Below, one piece after another: positions 1 through 12,895 of a stretch of 64,000 bases of DNA. Below the pieces are notes generated by a model, which saw only the letters and a program-made list of their open reading frames with translations, did not search any database and was not told where the DNA came from. The DNA is taken from positions 27,468,001-27,532,000 of the forward strand of contig CM052816.1 in NCBI GenBank assembly GCA_028534125.1, in the 5' to 3' direction. The position numbers and the translations under genes are program-made. Source of the DNA: Lama glama (lineage: Eukaryota). The number at the start of each line of letters is the position of its first letter. Within the stretch, counting starts at the first letter, position 1.

Positions 1-2559
1 AGGATCGTTGTTTGAAATGAAATTGTTTTTGGAAGTCACTGGATGCCACGTAAAGGAATTTTCCAATTCAGCCTGTCTATTGGCCAACTGCTAGAGAGTC
101 TGCAACTTGTGATTTGGAGTTTTGTTGTGCTCCTTTTAACAATAAGAACGATCTGGCCATTCATTTGGAAATGCTGTTAACATTAAAGGATTTTCATGTA
201 TCTGATTTTTTAAAGTAAATTATTGGTACTTTGAATACATGCTTGACATTTTATTTACTTGCTTGTCCTGAGATACAAGGCTGAAAAATATAAGTTAAAG
301 AATGAATTCCAATTTAGAGCTTCAGTTTAGGAAAGGAATACAGTTTCTTAGCTGAAGTTTTTTTTTCCTTTTTCTTTTCACATTTGAGATAAAAGTTTTG
401 TTTTGTTTTTTTTCTTCTGTTTTTCCTGACCCCTTGGAAGGATACTGGTTGGAAAGTGAGGTGTGTGGGGTATTGATTCAATCTCTTGACAAATTCTTGT
501 AAGAATGACTTTCCTTCGAAGAGAATGGATGGAGGGTGACCCTGGTGTCTGGTTCCTGTGCTCCTCAGTTAGGCACCAGGCCTGACCCTCATAGTCAGAT
601 GGCTTCTGGGTCACAGGGTAAAATGAAGTAAGACAGGAAAAACCCACAAATTGAGGCATGCACTCAGTTTTTCCAGCTTCTATAGTTAGAAAGCATAGGC
701 ACAATCTGGCCTGGAGCTTGGAAGCTGGGTTATTTCCAATGTATATGCCAAAGGGCCCCCAGCTCAGGGGGAAGGCCCAGGAAAGACATTTTCCAATCAA
801 AAGAAAAAAGATATCATCTTGGATAGGACAGAAAGGATTCTAACCTTAAGAAACAGTTGTTTTGATTTTTTTTTTTTTTGGCTTGTCTTTTCCTTTTCTT
901 ATCAGAGTTTTTGGTCCCAGTCTCTCCTGATCTTCACTACCCTTTGCCTCTGATTTCCTGAAACTTTAGGTTGGGACCAGTGATATCTTTATGTTTTTAC
1001 TTTCTCTGCTTAAACAGAGTTAGCCTGGATGTGAGAGCTGCTTGGGGACTTTAAATGACAGGACACTGGCAACAGAGCTGGGGCTTGGAGCAGGATTACT
1101 GGAAACTTATTGAGTTCCTGGATTTATTAGACCCTTCAATTTGTAGGACAGCTCTCTTCCTATAAGACAGTCTCACAGAGGTAAATATTTGATAGAGACA
1201 ATGGATGTAAGAAGGGAATGAATTACATAATATAAAGAGAAAGCAAGTGATGAGCCGAAGGTCAAATTCTCTCAATGCTCCAGCTATCCATAAAGCTGGA
1301 CTTGTCCTCATATCTAGCAGTGAGATTCTGTTCACCAGACATTCACCTCCATTTCAATGGGAATTCTTTCAAGGTTGTATTGCACTGCCTTCCGTGGAGT
1401 TCTAAGAATTTGGGGAGAGATTTTAGTTGCTGACTTTGGAATTTGGATTTCTAAGAACTATGTATATCCATTTCGTCTTTACATAAAGACTTCCCAGGCA
1501 CCTATCACTAGAAAATGTGGAAGGAGGGAGATGGGGGGACACAGAAGCAGGCTTAAGAAGACGCATGAAATCATTTAAGCTAGATAAATTATTTGAAAGT
1601 ACAGCACTTTGTAGATCTCTTCATTTTAGGCTTGAATAATTCTTGAACTTATAACATGTGATCCTCTCCTCTCACAGAGGTTACAATCAGCACTTTTCTT
1701 TTTAGAGAGACAGGAAGCCACACATTGGAGCACCAATGTGAGGACAACCTATTTTTGCTTTTGTCTTTAGGCTCTGGGAGAGGTAGCTCTATTACGGTCT
1801 CTCTCACCATGGATACGTGATATACAATCATAATTTGAGGCTGATTTTAAAAAAATGTTAGACTGTAATTTGTACAGATGAGTATTATTCTTCAAACGTT
1901 TATATGAGGAAGCCAAATATCAATTTAATTGGTGATGCTGTTGCTCCAAAATGTGTAACTCTCCCCCTCCCCAACACACACCTGTTACACACACTACACA
2001 TACGCACACAGATTCCTTTGGGTTTTAGGGCCAACAGTACAGAAGAAAAAGGTCCTGTTACCTTACGGTTGGGCTCTCTACATCTGAGAGCCGTGGGATC
2101 CTAGATTGCTGCCCTGATACGCAGGCATGGTTGGCACCAAGGAAAGATGAAGAAATGGCGCCTGGAGTTGGACATGAATGGCTCAGCTGGCAGCATCATC
2201 AGTGGGTGGTTTGTGAAGTCGAGGCTGGTTTTTGTGACATCAGCACAGCTGAGGAGGTGAACTAGAGCCACTGAAGCTCTCTATAAGGGTAAGAACCCCC
2301 AGAAGGATTGCACTGAACATTTCATCTACCACCTCCAAAGATTTCTCAAGTCATTCTTGTGTTTGGGAATCATAGAGGCAAATGGTTCTAGGAGCCCTAG
2401 TCTTGACTTCAGAAACTCAGTTTAACTAAAGGCGTGAAGAAACAAAGGACTAAGTAGACTCTTAAAATTTACTTTTTCTCTCTCTCTTTATACCACTCTC
2501 TTTCTCATCTGATATGTCTGATCAGCTCATCTGGTATTTCCCTGAGAAAATACATAAGC

Positions 2560-4060
2560 TAACAGATGTAGCTCCTTCATCTTCTCACTAGCATCCTATA
2601 AACTTGCCTTCATCTGCATTCAACCTCCTCCTGAAATGGAGACAGGCTCCCTCTTATCAAACCCCTCCCTCTGCACAGGAAGGATCCCACCCCCGGCGCC
2701 CGGTTTTCCTCCAGGTTTTCCACATGCTCTTATCACCTCTCCTGCTTTTTAAACCTTCACCTCTCAACTGGATCACTATCTGAAATATTCAAACATAGTC
2801 TGGAAGCTCCCATCTTTTAAGGGAACCTCTCTTAACCTAAAATCTGTAGTTTTAGCCTACCCATTATTTCTCCCCTAGTCTCCAAAGCCAAACTTCTCAA
2901 AACACATCCTGCCTTTATCACTTATACACTCTGCAGACCCCACCACGACTCTGAATGTGTTTTCTCCAAGCTTATCAAACTAAATCCACATTGCCGAATC
3001 AAATAGATATTTTTTGGCCTTTCTCCTACTCAACCTCTGGACATTGCATCCTGTTTTCCACACTTATTCTTCACATTTCCTCCTCTGGCAGCTTCCAGGG
3101 CAGCATACTCTCTAGTCGTTTCTCCAATGATTTCAGTCACTTGTTCTCCAGTTCCTACTCCTCTAGCCCCAAATACTGTAATGGCTTAGGACATCAGACC
3201 TGGCTCTATTTTTCGAGCCCTACACACATTCTGATGACTTTAAATACATATTAATAATGCACAAGTGTATATCCCAACCCAGTTCTTCTTTTGAGGTCCA
3301 GACTTACATATTCAGCCTGACTCATCTACTTAGATATCTCACAAGCATTTTGAATTTGGTAAGTCCAGCATAGAACAACTGGTCTTAATCCCCAAAAGTC
3401 TACCCGTTTCTCAAGTATTTCCCATCTTAGAAAGTGGCATAACAATGCAGTTGCTCAAGCTAAAAATCTGGGGGTCATCCTTGACCTTCCTTTCCTGACC
3501 TCTAGTTCTGCCCATTATACCTTATCTCCATCTCTGCAACCAGCACCGTAGGCCAGGCTTCCATCCACTTTCACCTGGATTCCTGCAACAGCCAAATAAC
3601 CGAGGCAGCTGGAGGAAACTGTGCTGTTTCTACAGCTTCATCTTGTATGTCTGTCCCCTCCTTCATTAGATTCTGGCTACATGTGGACTTTTTAGTTCCA
3701 TTTTAAGATCTTTCTTGCGTCAAGGCCTTCCCACATCCTACCTTTGACTAAAATGTCTCCTCCTCCTGCTGTTCCCATCCCTACACATCCTGACTCTTGA
3801 CTAATGCTTTCATGTCTTTCATGTCTCAGCCGAAATGTTGCTTCCTCCCAGAGGTTTTCTCTTACCAAGAATCTCAATGTCCCCATTTCACCATTAGACA
3901 CTATCAAATCACAATTTGAAATTTTATATTTATTTATTTCATATCACTTCCTCCATAAGACTAAAAACTCCAGATCAAGAACTGTGTCTATCTTTATTAT
4001 GACTCTATATTTAGTACTCAGTCTGATGCCCAACAATAAATATTTGTTGACTGAACAAAC
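2560..4060 (+). mobile_element. Old LINE-2 fragment(s), 3' portion
   Basis: L2-like text (tccagacttacatattcagcctgac; gttgctcaagctaaaaatctgggggtcatccttgac) ending in the L2 3' motif aataaatatttgttgactgaa. Confidence 0.75.
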
Positions 4061-4179
4061 TTCTATCCTCTGTGTCCTGCTTAATTAACACTTATAACTC
4101 TGGCAGGGGAGCCGCACCCTTTCTGTATCACACATGTGCCTCTCTCTTTAGAAACATAAAAAGGTATGGGCCTTTTGAA

Positions 4180-4370
4180 TTAAACAGATGTGGCTCTGAC
4201 AGCCCCTGTCAAACCTCCTGCGCGACTTTGGGCAAGTTGCTTAACCTCAGTTTCTCTATATGAAAAGTAGGGGAAAATGTCTGTCTTATTGTAATAGTAT
4301 AAAGAATATAATGAGATCATGTATATAAAGTACTGATCATAATGGTACTCAATGCAAGTTAGTTCCCTTT
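4180..4370 (+). mobile_element. MIR SINE
   Basis: MIR core gactttgggcaagttgcttaacctcagtttctctatatgaaa. Confidence 0.75.
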
Positions 4371-5020
4371 CTTTCATGCCTCCTAATAAACTCCAAATAC
4401 TTCTTATCCAATACATACACAACATTTGACCATGTGAGAACATCCATGCTGCCCTTCTGAGTCTCTCTGATTGTGATCTTTCCCTGAGAGGTTTGCCTTT
4501 AGAGAATGAGATATTTAGCCATGAAACAGCATTTGTAACAAATCAAATAGATAACTGTAGCCCTGAGTAACTGGAGTTTGTATTACAAAGGCACCTTCTC
4601 AAATATATTTGGACATAACACGAAGAGAAAGGCAATAATATTTTTGCTAGTTTAGGAGACATTACATTAAAATAAAACACCAGATGGCAGCACCAGATGC
4701 TAGAGATGTGCCTGACAGGATTTGAGCTCAAACCTGAGTATCTAGGATGTCAAAGGTAGCTTAAAACTGCATTCAGAAAGACAATCCTTTTAAAAAAATG
4801 ATAGATTCCTTAAAGAAAAGAAAGCCTATTTTGTAATACAGGATTTTTAGAAACAATGTTTCACGTTACAAGCAAAATACTAAGAAAATAACCCCAAGTG
4901 TTATCTAATAAAAGATAAGTAGACAAAGGCTTCATTTTGGGTTGTAGTTATATTTCATTAACTCTGTCAATCTGTGTTCCAATTAGGCAGAGAGGTCTTA
5001 AGTCAAAGAATGAAATACTA

Positions 5021-6263
5021 AAATTTCTGAAGAGATAATAACTGAAAAACTCCCAAACTTGGGAAAGGAAACAGTCACTCAAGTCCAGGAAGTGCAGAGA
5101 GTACCACACAGGATCAACCCAAAGAGGAACACACTGAGGCACATAGTTATCAAACTGACAAAAATTAAGGATAAGGAGAAAATATTAAAATTGGCAATAG
5201 AAAAGCAACAAATAACATACAAGGAAACTCCCATAAAGTTATCAGCTGATTTTTCAGCAGAAATTCTACAGGCCAGAAGGGAGTGGCAAGATATATTTGA
5301 AGTGATGAAAGGGGAAAACTTACAACCAAGAATACTATATTCAGCAAGGCTCTCGTTCAGATTTGATGGAGAAATCAACAGCTTCACAGATAAACAAAAG
5401 CTAAAAGAATTCAGCACCACCAAACCAGCTTTATAACAAATGTTAAAGGAACTTCTTTAGCCATCAAACCATAAGAAAAGAGAATAAAAAGAAGAGGAAA
5501 AAAAAAAGACCTACAAAAGATTGCTTTGGCAGTTTGGGGTCTTTTATGGTTCCATATAAATTTTGGAATTGTCTGTTCTAGTTCTGTGAAAGATGTCGTG
5601 AGTATTTTAACAGGGGTTGCACTGGATCCGTAGATTGCTTTGGGTAGTATGGCCATTTTGATAATGCTGATTCTGCCAATCCAAGAGCACAAGATATCTT
5701 TCCATTTCTTGTATCATCTTCAATTTCCTTCGTCAATGTTTTACAGTTTTCAGAGTATAGGTAACCTCCTTGGTTAAGTTTTTATTTCTAGGTATTTGGT
5801 TGTTTTTGTTGCAATGGAAATGTTTATGTCAGTTATAAAATTCTGGTTTTTGAAGTGAAAAAAAAAGTGAATGAAGGGCCGCAAATGGCAAAATACCCTT
5901 CTTTCTTATGGGTGAGTTGTATTCCATTACATATATATGCTGTATCTTCTTTATCCATTCATCTATTGATGTGCATTTAGGATGCTTCCATATCTTGGCA
6001 ATTATAAATAATGTTGCTGTTAATAGCAGGGTGTATGTATCTTTTTGAATTAATTCTTATCTTGTGGTTGGCTTTATTCCTTTGATAACTATGTAAGTTT
6101 AAAAATCTAAAGCTCTAAACCTTCTTAGAAACAATGAATAGTACATATATGTAAATTAAAAAGATATGTGCAGTATATTGTATATACATATTTACATGCA
6201 ATACATTGTATATGTGCAGTCAAATTGTAACAATTCTACCTAATAAAACTGAAAAATGAAAAA
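5021..6263 (+). mobile_element. Chimeric L1-derived insertion: sense ORF1 3' part, two antisense ORF2 pieces, poly(A) end, 12-bp TSD
   Basis: ORF 5059-5436 is the L1 ORF1p C-terminal part (RHIVIKL, IKLSADFS, QARREW). ORF 5411-5692(-) contains L1 ORF2 text ([20 protein letters not shown]). TSD aatgaaatacta is at 5009-5020 and 6264-6275. Confidence 0.85.
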
Positions 6264-8991
6264 AATGAAATACTATCAGCTTCTAGAAAAGAGCAATTTT
6301 CCCCAAATATTAAATGCAAATATTAAAATATATTCACTCATATTGAAATAAAGAGGCAATAACGACCTCTGTTCTACTCCTCAGCATCATTTAGGACACT
6401 GCTTACTAATATAGACATGAGAGGGTCTCATTAAATAAATACAATTAAAACATTTAAAATGATAATCTGTGTTTTTGCGTATTATACATCAAAATTTCAC
6501 CTGGAATTAACACCACTTCTAAAATCTTGCTAAACTGCATATTGCTTACTCAGGCTTTCCCTCTTTTAGAGGAAAAAGGGGCATGCGATGCTGCTTTGAC
6601 ACCGTATGATGGGAGAGCAACAGCCCAGGTAGTTACATCTTTTAGATCAAAGTCCACATTGAGGGTTTTATTCCCCTCACGTCCTGCTTGGTATCTTTCA
6701 CAACTTCACTGTGGGATCAGAGAGAGTGAGTTCAGCCCTACATTTTGGATGAGCAGCAATGGGACAATTTAAGCCCATCCAGCTGTCAGACGGCAAAGCG
6801 GAGCTTGCGCAGAATGCCCACCGACATCTTAGAGAAGGATCCTCTCAGCGGCGTTTGTTTGTTTAGATTTGATTGCAGGGTAAGAGGAGCATTTGTGTCA
6901 TCAGGGAGCTGAGCCAGTCTATGCAGGAGGAACATTCCGAGCGGAGGGTATTTCACTCTGCCAGCGAAACAGTCATTGTTGCCCGACTGCAGTGAATTGC
7001 TTCCAAGCTCTGTGATCATGGTTCTGAAGTTATTTTTCTCACCTGAATCACTACAAGCTTGAGCCCCCTGAGAACACTGGGCAGAATCACTGATTCTAAT
7101 CTGAAGTCAGATCAAGGATTCTAGAGGTAAATTGTTCTAACTGATATGAGAAGAAAGGAAGCAAATGTCTGAATTTAAAAAAAAGAATGCACGTGTGTCA
7201 TTGTCAGCCAAAAAGCCAGCTGACACAGGCAGATGAAATTCTGAAACCTAATAACGCACAGGGCAGTTATCTTTATGGAAATGAATGATTCAGTGCACTA
7301 TCTAAACCTTTAAATGACACAAAGAAAGAAAAACAGCAATAGACAGGATCGAATTGTAAGCAAAAGAGAAAACTACACCAGCCAGGAGAGGCTTTCTGCC
7401 AAAAGCACAACGCAGTGGCAAATGTCTTTTCTAAGGAAGGAATAACGTCCGTTGCTTCAAGAGATCTTATGCCTCCTGGAAGCCTAGGAGTTTTCTCCCT
7501 TTTAATGAACCCAAGCTTGCTCTCAGTCTGGCAGCTGAAGGGACCCTATGTTGGATAACCTTTCTATGCCCTCTGCTGAAGCCTGTGTGTTCCCCAAACG
7601 GGCCAGCACACATCTGACGGCAGTGGGTGCCAGTTTCTCACTGACACGCGCCTTTCAGGTCAGGAGCGGGGTTGGCTGTGCTGTGACATAGCCCTGTCCT
7701 TTAGATGCCCCTGTTCTGACAGACTCCCTCTACTCTGATCCAAATGCACAAGTCACCAACAGCCATCACTGGCTTCTCCTCCTGACATTCTTCCCTCCAG
7801 AAGGCTGGGTGAGTCAGGAGGTGTCCCCTTGTGACGCTGGAGGCCCAGGCCAGCCTCTTTCAGCAGTCGTGACTGAGAACATGCTATGCTCAGCCTGCTG
7901 GCTCCACTCTTGGGAGCGTAAAGTATGTGTTACAACAACAAGCACGAGAATCCTGACCACACTCTTCCCTATCTCAAGATCTGTAATGAGAACATTTGAA
8001 GTAAATGCACACCATCAGGAAACAGGGCTGTAAGTCAGATTGCTAACAGAGTTTCTGATTTGTGGCTCTGAGACATGGATTCTTTTGCTCTCTGAATCCA
8101 GACCCCACACATTTTGGAAGTAAAGCAACAGCCAGAAGATGAGAAAAACAGGTCGTGTTTATGAGACCAGACCGAAGCCCATGCCGCACTTACGAGTTTG
8201 GGTTTTCATTCGGCAAAGAAACTAGCTGTTCTTTCTTCAAGTTCATTGGAAAATATGCCCATTAGTCTGACTCTTTGGCTTTAGGGTCATTGTCTTGGAA
8301 TCTTCCAAACCAGTAAGAGAAAGATCATTTCATTTTAAACATGGAAGTTAGGAAAAAGTACCCGACATTTGCTAAAGTAATGCAATAAAAAAGTAAGGAA
8401 GAAAAATTAGATTAAAAATAAAGGATGCCTCCCCATCCCCCAATCCCTCTGGTTTAATTTTTTTACAGTAGCTTGGGTAACGTTAGTTTCCTGAAAACAG
8501 TTCTTTTAAAGAATCCCTGCAAGGTGGGGCATTTCAAGTAGCAGGCCATAGAGTTAAAAAAAAAAAAAAGACTTTGGCCACCTCCTATTTCTCGTGATTT
8601 GACATTCTGTAAGGTGTGACACAGGACAGCACAATCACTCCCCTGGCTTCATGGCAGGACAAAGCACATGGATCACATCCTGTTTTGCAGGTAACTACTG
8701 TCATAAGTATCCTTTCCCAATCCTGGTTAATGATGAAACTTCAGATAAAGGCCCAACACCACTCCACCATTCAGGCTGGGGACCCCTGGGGTCATGCTTA
8801 TTTATAATTGCCAAAGTCAGGGGTCAAGGCCTGGTGTCAGACTCAGAACTGGGGTACAGAGCAGCAGAGGGAAGTGAGTACTTCCCAGATCCTTGAACAC
8901 AGTTAGTCGGCTTTGGGTCTGTGCTGGGGTTAATTCCCCACGTTACAATCACGTAAGTGTTAAAAGAAAACATGCTGCATTTTAGAGTGGG

Positions 8992-8997
8992 TTTATT
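8992..8997 (-). terminator. Candidate ZNF474 polyadenylation signal AATAAA
   Basis: Minus-strand AATAAA about 510 nt after the stop, followed by a CA and a U-rich tract (ttttcttttaa). An ATTAAA variant lies at 9016-9021. Confidence 0.55.
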
Positions 8998-9509
8998 TCT
9001 GCAAGTGCTCCAGTGTTTAATTACTGCTAAAGTCATTTGGGGTTTTTGACACAGATTCTATTTTAGTAAGATAAACTCTGCATAACCCAGCATTGCCAGA
9101 AATGAATTCCTAAGGTAGATGACTAAAATAAACCAGTAATAAATATTGGCTGTTGGAATGGGAATTATATCTCTGTAATGTAGACATAGCATTACTGACT
9201 CATTTTCAAATAACAGTCTCTCCCAAGGATTACTGGTCTGAGAGATCAGGGAAGAAAGAAATCCGTCTCTCTTTTAGGCAGCAGAATGGAAGAAGACTAA
9301 GAACCCACCACCAGGCAAGGATGTTTTTATATCTGCTTTGCCATTGCAGCCCCCAGAGTCCGACAGGGGGTCAACTTGGACAGGCTGCATTGAGGCAGAA
9401 ATAAGATATTAAAAGAAACTATCCTAGGGATTGAGGCAGCTGATTCTGGGGACAGTTTTCTCTCATTCCCCTGGAGGGAGAATGTACCCCCAGGTCCACC
9501 CAATGCATC

Positions 9510-10771
<1,262 letters not shown>

Positions 10772-10808
10772 CTGCAGGGGCAACATAAATCAAGAAGTTA
10801 TTACTTTA

Positions 10809-10823
10809 CACACACACACACAC
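10809..10823. repeat. (CA)n microsatellite
   Basis: A short CA run, visible directly, just inside the intron next to the ZNF474 acceptor. Confidence 0.8.
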
Positions 10824-11147
10824 AAATCTTAGATTTTAAGTTGATAAAAAGCAGAAATTTTTTTTTTGACCTAGTATCCCCTTTGGCTAGCATAGTAACT
10901 GGCACATAGGATTTGTTCAGTAAATGTTGAAATAAGTATGAAGAAAATTTCCATTATGAATGGCACTGTTACCGTATTGAAAGCAGTGTTCTTCCCAGAG
11001 GAAGACAGAGAGTTACAGCACATCATAGACACATGTGGCACAAACCAAGAGGCATGGTGGTGAGATCATGGAACAAAGAACCAAGGCCTGTGAAAATGAG
11101 ATTAATGAAAGTGCAGATCATGTAAAAAGACCTTCTTCCACTACCTT

Positions 11148-11374
11148 AGGGATTCTTTTTAGTGCCATGGATCCCTTTATTGGTTCTTTGAAGTCTATGG
11201 ACATTGTCCCAGAATAATAATTTTAAAAGCAAAAAATAAAGTACTTACTATTACAAGTGAAACTCATTTTTTGAAATAATTTATCAAATATTTTTGGTTG
11301 TGATTTACATTTTGCTTGAGCTATAGGACTATGCCAGACTTTTTGTGTCCATGGGCCTAAGGCTAAGAACCCTG
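11148..11374 (+). mobile_element. hAT-Charlie-type DNA transposon remnant (Charlie4/MER119-like)
   Basis: Termini agggattctt and aagaaccctg are inverted-repeat-like; internal text tgccatggatccctt..gaagtctatggac..cagaataat. Confidence 0.5.
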
Positions 11375-12664
11375 CAGAAGAAGTAATGTAACAGTGAATA
11401 TGAGGATTATCAGGGAAACCCTCAGAGGGAGGCAAACTTTTTACACCATAAACTTCTTATAACCTAATCCACTCTTCATTATGGGACTGGAGTATTGACT
11501 AATTATGGCTGTAACTGTCAAGCTGAGAATGCAACCCAGGGCTGTACTCTTCCTGGTGGTGTATCTTCACACCTTCCCTGGGATGAGGATGCTCAGACTT
11601 CACTTGATGCTCTTTTTATAGCTATTGTGTTCATGATCTTGTTTTATATAGATATATATCTCTATATAGATATTATCTATCTACCTACCTGCCTAGCTAT
11701 TTAATTTCCAAATATCTTTTATAAAAACATGGCTAACAGTTTTCCTAAATCAGAAGAAGGACCTGATAAGATCTTACTATGCGCAGAAGCCAAAGGAGTT
11801 TTTACCTTGGGGAAAGGCATGAGTCAGTTTTATCCAGAGTCTACAATCTAGCTACAAGAAAGATTATTTTCAAAAGTCTTAGAACCTTCTTCATTTCCTG
11901 AAGGATGACCTCACTCTGGATTAGAGGCTCTTTAGCATTGGCCCCCAGTCACAGAGGGAGCAGTACCTGATCTGAGGCTGGACCCTGCAGACCACAGCAG
12001 GCACTTGAGTTCAGGCAGAGCCAGGACAGCCATGCTGGTAATATCAAAACACTGGGCATTGTGTTTGATAAGGGACAAAAAGAGCTGTGAGATCTGTGCC
12101 TAGTTCCTGTATTTTGGTGCCAAGAAAGGTCTGCATCTTTGTAATTAAGACTATCAAATCAGGTCTGGCACAGAAAAGGAAGTTATTCTTCATTTTGACA
12201 GATCCTAAGAGTGATATTAACACATGTGACAAAAGAATGTGTTGGCCACAAACAGAATGACCAACACAGAAAATGAAGCTTGAAGAAACAAAATTTTCAC
12301 TTCAGCAGCACCATCCAAAAGAGAAAGTGGTTCTAGAGGACACAAGGAATCCAGTAAAATTATTTCATTAGGTTTTAATCAGCACATGGCTAAAATAATC
12401 CTCCAACCACTCTGCTTTGTTTGTTCTGGATTTCTTGTTCACCAAGGACCTCCTGTTTTCATTTCCCATTTTCTTTGATACCAGGAAGTTGTAGACAGCA
12501 AATTATTTAAGACAAAATGGAAAAAAATCAATGCAATCAGATAAACTTACTTCCCCTAAACTTGACTGAAATCTGTCCCCCTCCACACACACTGCTCCCA
12601 GCAGATTAGAATACCCATGACTTGCCCCAACAACTCTTCCATCTCCCTTATGATAAGGTAAGAG

Positions 12665-12895
12665 AACTAATATTTATTGAATGCCAACTGTGCATCGGAT
12701 ATTGTACTAATTTTTATATACATAATTTTAGTTAATTCTCAAATGATCATGAGGCAGGCATTATTATTTCAATTTTATAAATGAAGAAACTGTGACTCAG
12801 AAAAGACAAGCAACTTGCCTAAGACATTTTCTAAATTACAGAACTGGGAATCAATTCCAGTTCTCTTTGGCACCAATACTCTTTCCATTATTCAT
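12665..12895 (-). mobile_element. MIR SINE
   Basis: attttataaatgaagaaactgtgactcagaaaagacaagcaacttgcctaagac is the reverse MIR core. Confidence 0.8.

Noticed and set aside
378..800. 140-aa minus-strand ORF
   Set aside because: Non-ATG start, low-complexity lysine tail from a T-run, and no domain or zinc-finger motif, so it is not the ZNF475 coding exon.
5059..5692. ORFs resembling real proteins
   Set aside because: L1 ORF1 and ORF2 fragments, not host genes.
6786..7019. 77-aa ORF over the CpG-rich block
   Set aside because: No recognisable homology; a regulatory reading is more plausible.
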